DNA from: Polyangia bacterium
GTDB taxonomy: Bacteria > Myxococcota_A > Polyangia > JAAYKL01
DNA: 24,500 nt
Assembly: GCA_050287845.1 (NCBI GenBank)
Contig: JBNKCR010000086.1
Coordinates: 1 to 24,500, forward strand
Reading direction: 5' to 3'
In this document: one piece after another, positions 8,117 to 18,500 of the stretch
How positions within the stretch are numbered: position 1 is the stretch's first letter
How the letters are laid out: every line of letters starts with the position of its first letter
The notes under the pieces: generated by a model
What the model was told of the DNA's origin: nothing
What the model saw: the letters and a program-made list of their open reading frames with translations, nothing else
The model's database searches: none
Program-made: the position numbers and the translations under genes

Positions 8117-10930
8117 TTATTCCCCGGCGGTGAACTGGCCGGAGTTCACCAGTCCCTGCACCACTGTTGCACATCGGCTGCACAGTTCCGGACGTTCACT
8201 GTCCGTTCCGACGCCGTGTCCCATGCGCCAGCAACGGGGACATTTCTCATCTTCGCTCGGCATTGCGGTCACTGCCGTGTCGCCTTCACCTTCCGTTAAT
8301 TTGCAGGACGAGACCAGGAAGACATCGGTCAACATCTCTTCGCCCATATCTGCAAGCAGTTCGAAGGTCTTGCCGGAAGCGGAGACCACAACGCTGGCCT
8401 GCAGAGCGTTGCCGATTCTGCCGTCCCTTCGCATGTCCTCCAGCACTTTGGTCACTTCCCGCCGAACCTCCCGAAGTGTCTGCCATCGCGAGAGCAGGCC
8501 GTCGTTTTTCCATTCTTCTTCCGGCACGGGGAAGCCTGCCAGGAATACCGACTCCACGGCGGTTTCTGCACCGGGCAGATGCTGCCACACTTCTTCGGCG
8601 GTGAAGCTCAGCACCGGCGAGAGAATGCGCGAAATGTCCCTGGCCAGGATATACAGCACGGTCTGGGCTGACCGGCGCAGTTGTCCATTGGGGGCTTCAC
8701 AGTAGAGGCGGTCCTTGATGATGTCCAGGTAGAACGACGAAAGGTCGCTGGTGATAAGCTCCACGGTGCGGTGAAAAATCAGGTGAAAATTGTATTCTTC
8801 ATAGGCCCTGTCAAGACGGGTCAGATACTGATGGAATCTGGCCAGCATCCAGCGATCCAGCTCGGGCATATCCGCCATGGCCACCATGTGGGTTTCCGGG
8901 TTGAATCCGTCGGTGTTGCCCAGCAGAAAGCGCATGGTGTTACGGATTTTCCGGTACGAGTCTGTCAGCGCGGTGATGATTTTGGGCGAATAGACAATGT
9001 CCGAACGATAATCCTCGTATCCCACCCACATCCGCAGAATTTCCGCACCCTGGGTATCGATGGTTTTGGCTGGTGGAACGAAGTTTTTTTGACTTTTTGA
9101 ATATTTCTTCCCCTGTTCGTTGCAGATGAATCCGTGGGTGAGCACCGCCTTGTAGGGCGCTTTTCCGGTGGTGGCCACAGAAGTCAGTAAAGACGTATGG
9201 AACCAGCCGCGGTGCTGATCGGAACCCTCCAGATACAAATCGGTGGGCACCCCGAGTCCCTCCACTTTATTGGCCACGGCTGCCCAGCTGACGCCGGATT
9301 CAAACCAGACATCCACAATGTTTTCGTCCTTGCGGAAGGTGGTGCAGCCGCATTCGCAGTGGGTCCCCTCGGGCATCAGTGCCGCCGGTTCGCGTTTAAA
9401 CCATTCGTCGCTGCCATGTTCGCCGAAAATGCTCGCCACGTGTCGAATCACATCGCCGTCCACCAGACTTTTGCCGCAATCGCTGCAGAAGAAAAATGGC
9501 AGCGGTACACCCCAGAGGCGTTGCCTGGAGATACACCAGTCCGGCCGGTCTTCCACCATACCGCGAATCCGATCCCGACCCCATGGGGGAATCCATCGGG
9601 TAGCATCGATTTCTTTCAGCGCCTGTTCCCGCAGACCGGTTTTATCCATCGAGATAAACCACTGTGGTGTGGAGCGGAAAATCACCGGGGTTTTACAGCG
9701 CCAGCAACAGGGGTACTGGTGTTTGATTTTCTGGCCGGATGGATTCATCAACCGTTTAATATCACTCAGATATTCAACGATATGAGGGTTGGCATCGGTC
9801 ACTTTCATTCCCTGCCATTTTTCCACATCTTCTTCAAAGCGCCCTTTTTCGTCCACGGGGGCGTATGGTTCGATGCCGTGCGCCGAGCAGAGTACGTAGT
9901 CATCCTGACCATGACCTGGCGCGGTATGAACACATCCGGTACCGGCTTCCAGAGTGACGTACTCTGCCAGGAGAATGGGGATTTCCCGATCTTCAACAAA
10001 CGGGTGCCGACATTTGAGATTTTCCATCTGTCGACCGTTGAAGGTATCGCCCACGGGTTCATATTCGAGAACTGACGCCTTGAACGCCTCTTCCGCCATA
10101 TCTTCGGCCAGTATCACGTATTCGTCGTTCACCCGGAACGCCCGGTAGTTGTAGCGGGGATGCACCGCAATCACCAGCGATGCCGGCAGCGTCCAGGGCG
10201 TTGTGGTCCAGATGACCACGGAGAGTTGTTTGCCGTCGTCTTTCAACCCGGCAATTTCCAGCAACCGACTCCGGTCGATGACGTCGTACCGTACATACAC
10301 CGATGGAGACGCGTGATCCATGTACTCCACCTCCGCCTCAGCCAGCGCGGTGGTGCATTCAGAACACCAGTAGACGGGTTTTGAGCCACGGTAGAGCATG
10401 CCTTTGTCCACGATGGCTGCCAATTGCTCAGCGATGGCCTGTTCATATTCGGGGTGGATGGTGCGGTACGGATGTTCCCAGTCAGAGAACACACCAAGAC
10501 GTTTCATCTCCGCCATTTGCGTGGTGGACCATTTCATGGCGAATTCTTCACAGCGCTTGCGAATTGAAAGCTTGTCATCGCTGTCTTTGGGTTTCCCCAG
10601 TTCCTTTTCGGCATTCAGTTCAATGGGCAGGCCATGACAGTCCCAGCCGGGAATGTACCGCACGTAGTTTCCCTTCAGCATCTGGTACTTGACCACGATG
10701 TCCTTGAGTACTTTGTTCAGAATGTGACCGTGATGAATGGTGCCGTTGGCATACGGGGGGCCATCATGGAAGATGAATCTCTGATTGCCCTCATTTTTCT
10801 TCAGCATTTTGGCATAAATGTCATTTTCTTCCCAGAATTTCAGAAATTCCGGCTCCCGTTTGGCCAGACCGGCTTTCATCGGGAATTTTGTTTTGGGAAG
10901 GCAGATACTGTTTTTGTAGTCGTCGCTCAT
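8117..10930 (-). CDS. ileS: Isoleucine--tRNA ligase, type 1
   Basis: LPKTKFPM, HDGPPYANG, HHGH (HIGH), PGWDCHGLPIE, WTTTPWTLP, GTGCVHTAPGHG, DWCISRQR, EGSDQHRGWF and a C-terminal zinc finger CPRCW..CSRC. ATG 10930 follows AAGGA; canonical ileS-lspA order. Confidence 0.98.
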   Translation of the reverse strand: MSDDYKNSICLPKTKFPMKAGLAKREPEFLKFWEENDIYAKMLKKNEGNQRFIFHDGPPYANGTIHHGHILNKVLKDIVVKYQMLKGNYVRYIPGWDCHGLPIELNAEKELGKPKDSDDKLSIRKRCEEFAMKWSTTQMAEMKRLGVFSDWEHPYRTIHPEYEQAIAEQLAAIVDKGMLYRGSKPVYWCSECTTALAEAEVEYMDHASPSVYVRYDVIDRSRLLEIAGLKDDGKQLSVVIWTTTPWTLPASLVIAVHPRYNYRAFRVNDEYVILAEDMAEEAFKASVLEYEPVGDTFNGRQMENLKCRHPFVEDREIPILLAEYVTLEAGTGCVHTAPGHGQDDYVLCSAHGIEPYAPVDEKGRFEEDVEKWQGMKVTDANPHIVEYLSDIKRLMNPSGQKIKHQYPCCWRCKTPVIFRSTPQWFISMDKTGLREQALKEIDATRWIPPWGRDRIRGMVEDRPDWCISRQRLWGVPLPFFFCSDCGKSLVDGDVIRHVASIFGEHGSDEWFKREPAALMPEGTHCECGCTTFRKDENIVDVWFESGVSWAAVANKVEGLGVPTDLYLEGSDQHRGWFHTSLLTSVATTGKAPYKAVLTHGFICNEQGKKYSKSQKNFVPPAKTIDTQGAEILRMWVGYEDYRSDIVYSPKIITALTDSYRKIRNTMRFLLGNTDGFNPETHMVAMADMPELDRWMLARFHQYLTRLDRAYEEYNFHLIFHRTVELITSDLSSFYLDIIKDRLYCEAPNGQLRRSAQTVLYILARDISRILSPVLSFTAEEVWQHLPGAETAVESVFLAGFPVPEEEWKNDGLLSRWQTLREVRREVTKVLEDMRRDGRIGNALQASVVVSASGKTFELLADMGEEMLTDVFLVSSCKLTEGEGDTAVTAMPSEDEKCPRCWRMGHGVGTDSERPELCSRCATVVQGLVNSGQFTAGE

Positions 10931-11123
10931 GGTCACTGTCCTTTGGTTGGAGATAGGTTCCGTCGTGAACCAGTCTCTTTAATTTCACTTCAAAGCGCGC
11001 GGACGATACCATGTTCAATGATTTTGAGAACATAAAATGCATCAAATTTAATGTCGCGGATATGGAAAACGGTTGGCAGGGATACCAAATCCTGTAACGC
11101 GAGCAGGGGTTGATGCGATGCAA

Positions 11124-12437
11124 TCAGTGCTGCGATGATGATGCCGATGAAAATGAAAAGTCGTACGATTCAGCGGTATCCGGCATCCCGTTGAGTTCCC
11201 GGGGGTATTCGGTGGCGTCGTGGGATGAACTGTCGACAATCACGTGGCTTTTCAGCAGTTTCAGCCGATTGCGCAGGGTGGTTCTCGGGATATTGAGCGT
11301 CCGGGCCACCGCAGAAACGTTCCCATCGAGTCGGCACATTTCCTGAGTGATGATTTCGTCATTCAGTTGCCGGATACGAATCACCCGGTCTTCCGTGCCA
11401 AGTTCCATGTCTTCTGCGCTGAGGGTGATTCCCGCCGTCAGCGCAGCTGATTTGTACAGCACATTTTTCAATTCGCGGCAGTTTCCCGGCCATGGGTAAT
11501 CCTTCAGTTTTTTTAAGGCATCATCGCTGAGGGTTTTCTGTCCCACATCCGATTGCATTTCCCCCAGAAAAAAAATCGACAACAGCTCGATGTCGTCTTT
11601 TCGCGTTCGTAATGGCGGTGGCTGAAGCTGCAGAGTACTGATTCGGTGATATAAATCCAAACGAAAGCTCCTGTCTTTCACCATTTTTTTCAAATCCCGA
11701 TTGGTGGCGGCAATCAGACGGAAGTCAATCCGGGTTGCCTGTTCCGCACCGATGCGGCAGACGGTTCTGGTGTCGAGAACCCGAAGAAGCGCGGCCTGAT
11801 GACACAGGGGGAGTTCACCGATTTCATCCAGGAAGAGGGTGCCGCCGTTGGCCTGTTCGAACACGCCTCTGTGCTGCTGGCTGGCCCCGGTGAACGCGCC
11901 CCGGTTGTGACCGAAGAAAATGTCTTCTGCCATGGTGTCTGTAATACTGCCACAATTCACTGCTACGAACGGTTCCATTTTGCGCTTTGAACACTGATGC
12001 AACGCCCGGGCGGTGAGTTCCTTTCCCGTACCGCTTTCGCCTTCAATAAGTACCGGTCCCTGAAGTGGGCCCATCTGCCGGATTCGATGGCGCAGCTGCT
12101 GCATTGCCGCAGTATTGCCAATCAGGTTGAGTTGATCGGCGCCGGGCGTCGGCGAACCGGTGGAAATGGTCGACAGCCCGATTTGGTATTCTCCAAGCGC
12201 AATCCGCTTTCCCGGGAGCATCTCCTCCGCAATCGGGGAGATGCCGGCATTGTTTCCTTCAATGCGGGATTGCCATTTTCCATGTTCGTTCATCTCCACG
12301 GTGACGCGGCAATCCCGGAGTTTCGACGATGCAACAATCAGGTCGTTGTCATGGGTTGTCCCGATTTGAATCTGGGGTCTGGAAATGGGTTTATGAACAA
12401 TGGGAATTCCCCGGAAATACAGTGTCAATGTTTTCAT
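11124..12437 (-). CDS. Sigma54-dependent transcriptional activator (FHA-like N-domain, AAA+, Fis-type HTH)
   Basis: Walker A GESGTGKE, GAFTGA loop, Walker B LFLDEIGE, FRLDLYHR, WPGNCREL and HTH GNVSAVARTLNIPRTTL. ATG 12437 follows AGGAGG. Confidence 0.95.
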   Translation of the reverse strand: MKTLTLYFRGIPIVHKPISRPQIQIGTTHDNDLIVASSKLRDCRVTVEMNEHGKWQSRIEGNNAGISPIAEEMLPGKRIALGEYQIGLSTISTGSPTPGADQLNLIGNTAAMQQLRHRIRQMGPLQGPVLIEGESGTGKELTARALHQCSKRKMEPFVAVNCGSITDTMAEDIFFGHNRGAFTGASQQHRGVFEQANGGTLFLDEIGELPLCHQAALLRVLDTRTVCRIGAEQATRIDFRLIAATNRDLKKMVKDRSFRLDLYHRISTLQLQPPPLRTRKDDIELLSIFFLGEMQSDVGQKTLSDDALKKLKDYPWPGNCRELKNVLYKSAALTAGITLSAEDMELGTEDRVIRIRQLNDEIITQEMCRLDGNVSAVARTLNIPRTTLRNRLKLLKSHVIVDSSSHDATEYPRELNGMPDTAESYDFSFSSASSSQH

Positions 12438-12502
12438 ACTTTTCCTCCTGTCGGCACGTTCAAGTTGTCCTGCTTTTCGGCTGTCACAGGGAGTTGTTGC
12501 AG

Positions 12503-12550
12503 AAAAAATGAAAAAAGATGGGCGCTTCAGCCTTGGTTCGCCGCAGCCCA
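12503..12550 (-). terminator. Possible intrinsic terminator or attenuator between ymdB and the sigma54 activator
   Basis: On the minus strand an imperfect stem TGGGCTGC...GCGCCCA is followed by TCTTTTTTCATTTTTT. Confidence 0.35.
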
Positions 12551-12756
12551 CGGTTCCGGAAAATAGTAGTCCCCGGTGAATGTCCAGTCCGATTCAGGAT
12601 TGCAAGTTGGTCTGCGGGAATTGTCATCATCCGATACCGGCTATCGTCACACTCATGTTGGAACTGAGCGAAATGAAATCCGTTCTGTGTATCTGATGTA
12701 CAGACGGTCGCCAACGGAATGTTGAGAAATACAGAATCAGTCGGCGCGAAATGGTG

Positions 12757-13548
12757 CTATTCCACCGCCAGATTGATGCGTTCGATATGTACGGTGTGGC
12801 CGGTGGACCGATCGACTTCGAGTAGCACCGCCTGAAAACGGGGCCCGTTTTTGGCCGGTTTGAAACTTTCGGGCATTCCGGTAACAAACCGTCCTATCAC
12901 CAGTTCCTTCTGCATTCCGATAATTGAATCATGGGGACCGGTCATGCCCACATCGGTGAGGAAACCAGTGCCATTATCAAGAATCTGTTCATCCGCGGTC
13001 TGCACGTGGGTATGGGTGCCGATCACTGCAGACACCCGGCCGTTCAGATAGTATCCCAGTGCGCGTTTTTCACTGGTAGCCTCCGCATGAAAATCCACAA
13101 AAATGATTTTCACGTCGCGGAGCTCCTTTAAAATATTGTCTGCAGCGGTGAACGGGCTGTCGGGATTGACATCCATGTAGACCTGTCCAGCCAGGTTCAC
13201 AACGGCAATCCGTACACCGGCAGCTGTTTCAAAAATGCCGAACCCACGTCCGGGCTGCCCCTTCATGAAGTTGTGGGGGCGAAGCAATGCCGGCGTTTTT
13301 TCAATGTACGGCCGAATTTCCCGCTGTCTCCAGATGTGATTTCCCGAAGTGATGACATTCACACCGTAGTCGAACAGATCATTGGCCAGTTCCGGGGTGA
13401 TGCCGATGCCGCCGGCAATATTTTCGCCGTTTGCAACCACAAAATCGATTTCTCGTTTAGCGATAATCCCGGGCAACACCTTTCGCACCGCGAATCGTCC
13501 GGTTTTTGCCATTACATCGCCAACCATGAGTATTTTAAGGTGGGACAT
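12757..13548 (-). CDS. ymdB: YmdB / TIGR00282 family metallophosphoesterase
   Basis: GDV, NGEN.AGG.G, TSGNHIW, DFHAEATSEK, GTHTHVQTAD and TDVGMTGP motifs; immediately downstream of rny, a well-known gene pair. Confidence 0.95.
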   Translation of the reverse strand: MSHLKILMVGDVMAKTGRFAVRKVLPGIIAKREIDFVVANGENIAGGIGITPELANDLFDYGVNVITSGNHIWRQREIRPYIEKTPALLRPHNFMKGQPGRGFGIFETAAGVRIAVVNLAGQVYMDVNPDSPFTAADNILKELRDVKIIFVDFHAEATSEKRALGYYLNGRVSAVIGTHTHVQTADEQILDNGTGFLTDVGMTGPHDSIIGMQKELVIGRFVTGMPESFKPAKNGPRFQAVLLEVDRSTGHTVHIERINLAVE

Positions 13549-13561
13549 GTCCGTATGCCTT

Positions 13562-15127
13562 TTACTTCGCCGTGGCGACAGCGCGGGTTTCCCGGATAAC
13601 CGTTACCTGAATCTGACCGGGATAGGTGAGTTCTGACTCGATTCGTGCCGCGATATCCTTGGACAGCATTACCGCGTCGTTGTCAGAAATGGTTTCGTTC
13701 TGCACCAGAACACGCACTTCCCGTCCTGCCTGAATCGCGTAGGACTCGCTGACGCCTTCGAAGCTTTTGCAGATACCTTCAAGACTTTCGAGGCGTTTAA
13801 CATAGGATTCGAGCATTTCCCGCCGTGCACCGGGACGGGCGCCGGAAAGCGCGTCGGCCGCGGCAACGAGATGGGCGATGACACTGCCAGCCGGTTCGTC
13901 CTCGTGGTGGGAGGCAATGGCATTGACAATCAATGGCTCTTCCTTGTGTTTTTTAGCAAACTGCGCGCCGATAACCGCATGGGACCCTTCAATTTCGTGG
14001 GTCATGGCTTTGCCGAGGTCATGGAGGAGTCCGGCACGCCGGGCTTTTCGCTGATTCAATCCCAGTTCCGCCGCCATCATACCGGCGATGAATCCACATT
14101 CAACCGAATGTCGAAGCACGTTCTGCGCGTAACTGTATCGGAACTTGAGGCGTCCAAGCATTTTCACGATTTCAGGATGCACCCGCGCCAGACCCAGCTC
14201 CAGAATCGCCTGCTCGCCAGCGTCTTTAACGGCTTTGTTCACATCGTTGCGCGCTTTCGAAACGATTTCCTCAATCCGGCTGGGATGAATGCGACCATCC
14301 TGGATCAGGCGCTCCAGCGACAGTCGGGCGACTTCTCTGCGAACCGGATCGAAACCGGAAATAACAACGGTTTCAGGTGTATCGTCCACGATCAAATCAA
14401 TGCCGGTGGCGGCTTCCAGAGCTCGAATATTGCGGCCTTCGCGACCGATAATCCGGCCTTTCAGTTCATCGTTCGGCAAATGAATCACCGATACGGCGCG
14501 CTCCTGAATGTGTTCGCCCGCGTACCGTTGAATGGCGACACCGATGATGCGCTTGGCCCGGGTTTCTGCTTCTTCCCTGGCTTCTTCCTCGATTTCACGG
14601 ACAGAAAGTGCGGCTGTTCGCTTGGCGTCGTCCATAATGCTTTCGATGAGTTCCTTTTTGGCCTCATCCCGCGACAAGCCGGCTTTGCGTTCGATGGTCT
14701 GCTGAACTTCCACAATCTTTTTGTCGAGATTGCGTTTCCGTTCAATCAGTGTTCGTTCGGTTCGCTCGATGGCGGCTTCCCGTTTGGAAATATCGATTTC
14801 CTTTCCGGCCAGCATATCTTTCTTTTTGTTCAGCAGTTCTTCCTGTGAGCGATATTTTTTTTCTTTAAGCAGAATGTCTTTTTTAAGGTGCTCCGTTTCC
14901 TTTTCGGCGGATGCCAGTACTTTCATTTTTTCTTCCCGGGCCGCAATTTCGCCGTCCTGTCGAATTTTTTCGGCTTCCCGTCGTGCTGCGCCCCGTATCA
15001 GTTCCGCTTCCTTAAGAGCCTCCTCACTTTCAATGGCTTCCTTTTTTGCTTTTATCTTTCGACCTGTAACCAGACCGCCAACCAGGCCGATAATCAGGCC
15101 CAGCAATCCGTAAATAATGGGTTCCAT
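13562..15127 (-). CDS. rny: Ribonuclease Y
   Basis: N-terminal membrane anchor, coiled coil, KH domain (KGRIIGREGRNIRALE), HD domain (GLLHDLGK), AADALSGARPGARRE, YPGQIQVTVIRETRA; RBS AAGGAG. Confidence 0.98.
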   Translation of the reverse strand: MEPIIYGLLGLIIGLVGGLVTGRKIKAKKEAIESEEALKEAELIRGAARREAEKIRQDGEIAAREEKMKVLASAEKETEHLKKDILLKEKKYRSQEELLNKKKDMLAGKEIDISKREAAIERTERTLIERKRNLDKKIVEVQQTIERKAGLSRDEAKKELIESIMDDAKRTAALSVREIEEEAREEAETRAKRIIGVAIQRYAGEHIQERAVSVIHLPNDELKGRIIGREGRNIRALEAATGIDLIVDDTPETVVISGFDPVRREVARLSLERLIQDGRIHPSRIEEIVSKARNDVNKAVKDAGEQAILELGLARVHPEIVKMLGRLKFRYSYAQNVLRHSVECGFIAGMMAAELGLNQRKARRAGLLHDLGKAMTHEIEGSHAVIGAQFAKKHKEEPLIVNAIASHHEDEPAGSVIAHLVAAADALSGARPGARREMLESYVKRLESLEGICKSFEGVSESYAIQAGREVRVLVQNETISDNDAVMLSKDIAARIESELTYPGQIQVTVIRETRAVATAK

Positions 15128-15545
15128 CGAACCACTCCTTTTTTAATATGGTAAAGCACGCGCGACGCATTGGACACGGTGCGGTTAATTCAATCCGATC
15201 ATTCCGGAAAACCTGGAATTGTGTGGAATACTGGAGATTTCAGCCACGCATATCGGCGCTGACCGACTTAAATATATGAGACAGGCGTCGTCGCCGCCTG
15301 CCATTTTCATTTCGCCGCTTTCGCAGCTTTTTTATCGTTCGTTGTTCCGAACGGATCGCATATATTCAGTTTATATCTCAACATTCCAGAATTCGGGAAT
15401 GATTACAAAGAAGTATTACTTGTTAACATGGAAAAGTGCAAGCCGGATAATGTGATCCATGACAAAGGTGCATTAATTATTTGATAGATATGTGCATCCC
15501 CAACGGATTCCGTTTCCAATCAAAATCAAATCGATATTGTCGTCT

Positions 15546-18500
15546 CTACGGTCTGATCGGGCGGGTTCTGGTGTGAAACCACTGTCGATACTGTTTCATT
15601 CTGGACAGCTGCTCGGACGGTGCGCTGCGCTTGCAGGTGTTGCGTTCATCACTTTTTTCTGGTGCGCCCCAGCGGATCTCCGGACAATCGTTGGGGTTGT
15701 ACGCCAGCTCCAACGCCTTGCCGCGATGGATAATTTCTGAAAGTGTCAGACGCCATCTGGATTGATCGGTCCGCGTATATTCAATGAATTTTGAATCGAA
15801 CTCCGATTCCAGAAGCGAGATGAGACGCGATATTACCCGGTTTATCTCGGAACCTTTTGAAATGCCGAACTGTTCAGGCGCCTGGCGCACAGTATCCGGG
15901 GTGCTCAGCACGGCATCCATGGCGATGAGCAGCCGCATGTCCCTGGATGGGGTGGCATAGTCTTCCCATGGTCCCTCCGTCTGGAAAATTTCGGCCCCCT
16001 CCGGCATCTCAATGGCCGCAAATTCTTTCTGAACCATATATTTTTCACCGATATCAACTGCCTGAACTCGTCGCTTCACTGTATCGTAAAACGCATCAAT
16101 CCGGCTTCGCAGCAGTTTTTCGGGGTTCAGCGGTGTGGGATTGATCAACTGCTGCATCCGACGATAAAAGTCTTCGACATCGCCTTTATATTGCGCCATG
16201 CTGTAGCGGGAGAATATCCGACTCCTCTTCAATTCGCGATTCTCCAGGGTCCGGGCCACCCGGATGATTTCGCCATCAACCTCCCGGGGTTCTATAACGA
16301 TGGGGCGGAATCTTTTAAATCCGGCCCCATAACTATCAATGTTATTATCAAAGAGAAAATCGCCCCGCCAGAATCGTCGTCGGCCGATGGTGCCATCGGG
16401 CTGTGCATCCACGGCCATTAAAATACCATACCCACCCAGGGGCTGGGGCACCCATTGACTCACAATCATCACATGTCCATATGGGTCCGTAAACACGGTG
16501 CCTGGCGGCAACGCATTTTTCTGCAGCGACACCGGGTAAAAGTCGCTGTCATCCGCACCGGGGTGTGTGCGACTGCTGGCGGAATGGGCATTCCATCCGA
16601 TAACCACATTTGCAAAGCGCTCAAAAATTTTTGATTCGTTATCCAATTCTTCTGCAAAAGGCGCCTCCTGATCATTGGTCTGAAACTCGGTACAGGAGGG
16701 TGGACGACCTTCCCGGCCCCGGCTGCAGGAGCGGATGCCAAATGGAAGACCTGTTTTCCACGAAAAGTACGCGCGTAAAAAATATGGCAGATCTGCACAA
16801 TCCGGGTTCAGGTTGAGCGCCGTATCCTCATTGTCACCGAGATGATTGAACAGGAGATTTTTATCCGGGTCACTGAGGAGGGTCTGAAGTCCGCGCCATG
16901 ATATTTCGACATCGGGTGGAAAACTGAACAACTGCTCCACAAAAGCAGCGAAGAAATTTTCGGTATCCTGTTCCCACTTCCATCGCGTTTGCCAGTAGGG
17001 ACCGGGTTCGACGCGCGGTTTCTGCGGATCGCGCCAGGTGCGAACGCTGAACCGATCGCAGGCGTACATGGTATTGCCATCGCCCAGCACAACGGTATAT
17101 GTGCCGGTGGCGTCGGGGGTGAAACGGGCCCATCGGGTAACGGGGGGACCCGGCAGCGGGTGCACCTGATGCGTGATGCGGCTGCCATCGGGGGCATAAA
17201 TCTGCAGTGTCGCCCGGGAGGATGGCGTCTGTCCGGTGGCAATTAATCTGGCGGGCTCGCCGATAATCAGCCGCCTCGGCGATTGAAAAATGCGCAATTG
17301 CACTGAATCGGAACACGCATCCTTCGAAGGCAGTGCCGGGGGTTCAGCTGCCCGGTATCTGACCAGAGAATCGAGGGTCTTACCCGCCTTCTCGCCGAAC
17401 ACAACGATGCGGGTCAGGCGTTCGAGAAACGATTTTCGTGAACTGCCCAGTCCGAGGGAGAGGTCGGTGACCACCACTTTTTTCACTCTGAAAACCGTTT
17501 CTCCCCTATCTGGCGCTTCCGGCGTGCACGGCCGGACATATTCTCCCAGCGAATGGATGGCCATGGGGACGCCATCATCGGTCTGCCCGAGATAAAACAT
17601 GATATGTCCCGGAAAATAGAGGGCAACGACTCCCTGTTGGGCAGCCATATTCAGATAGTTCAGCTTCTGTTCAAGATCAGTTACCTGCGAGACATCGAGC
17701 GAAAAGGATCCGGCCTGTGACTGGGCGGCGCTGTTCCGCGGTACAAACAGATGAAATGCCGATAGAACGTTCATTACATACCGTGAGCAGTCCATGCCGT
17801 TTCCGGACCCTCCGTATCCGTACGCCGCATCCAGATACTGGAATGCCGTTTCATAGAAGGATCTTCGAGTCAGCGGTCTTGCCGTGAGAGTCGTGTCTGA
17901 CGGCATATCCGGGGTGCAGAATCCGGACCTTCCGGCCACAAGAACGGAATGACCGTTCACTATTGGCAGGATGGTGTAGGCGGGCACCTGAATCGTTTCG
18001 CCGTTGCAATCGGCTGAAATTGTCTTCTCTGTGCGGACAGCGGGCGCGTTCATGTATGCGCTTCGCCTGGATATATCCACATCGGGTGACACTGCGGCGT
18101 CCGGACGGATGAATCCGAACGCATATCTCGTGCGAATAAACAGCATCTTATTTTTCCACCGTCCAAGGACTTCGAACGGTTCCTGCGGTGACACGGTACT
18201 GCAGGCATTCTTATCGAACGCCCGATCGGAGTCTGCGCTGTAGAGGGGGCCATCAAAAGGAATGCATCGGATTTGTACTGGTGAGAGCGCCACAAGCCAG
18301 ATAGGTGGTTCGCTGTCGCTGCGCAATGTGCCGGCTTCAAGGGAAACAAATTTCATGAGCGGGGGTGGAACGGGAGCGCCATTTTCCGTGACCAGCTCGC
18401 GGTTTTTGAGGCGCTGTCCCATCAGATCGAATCGCTCCTTTGAATCTTCGGCGATTTTTACGCGGGGTATCGGGTCGAGCAGATTCCATTGCGTCACCGG

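Noticed and set aside
8112..8183. Extended N-terminus of lspA overlapping ileS
   Set aside because: An in-frame GTG at 8111 gives a normal LspA N-terminus without a long overlap.
10931..11123. T-box leader upstream of ileS
   Set aside because: No AAGGTGG.ACC-type T-box motif or terminator is visible in the 193-bp gap.
13871..14848. 325-aa plus-strand ORF opposite rny (likewise 9197..10075 opposite ileS and 5701..6537 opposite the GT5 gene)
   Set aside because: Antisense to well-supported genes and without motifs.
15128..15545. 6S RNA (ssrS) upstream of rny
   Set aside because: Only local hairpins are seen, not the long rod with a central bulge, and the usual zapA and 5-FCL neighbours are absent; cmscan would be needed to exclude it fully.
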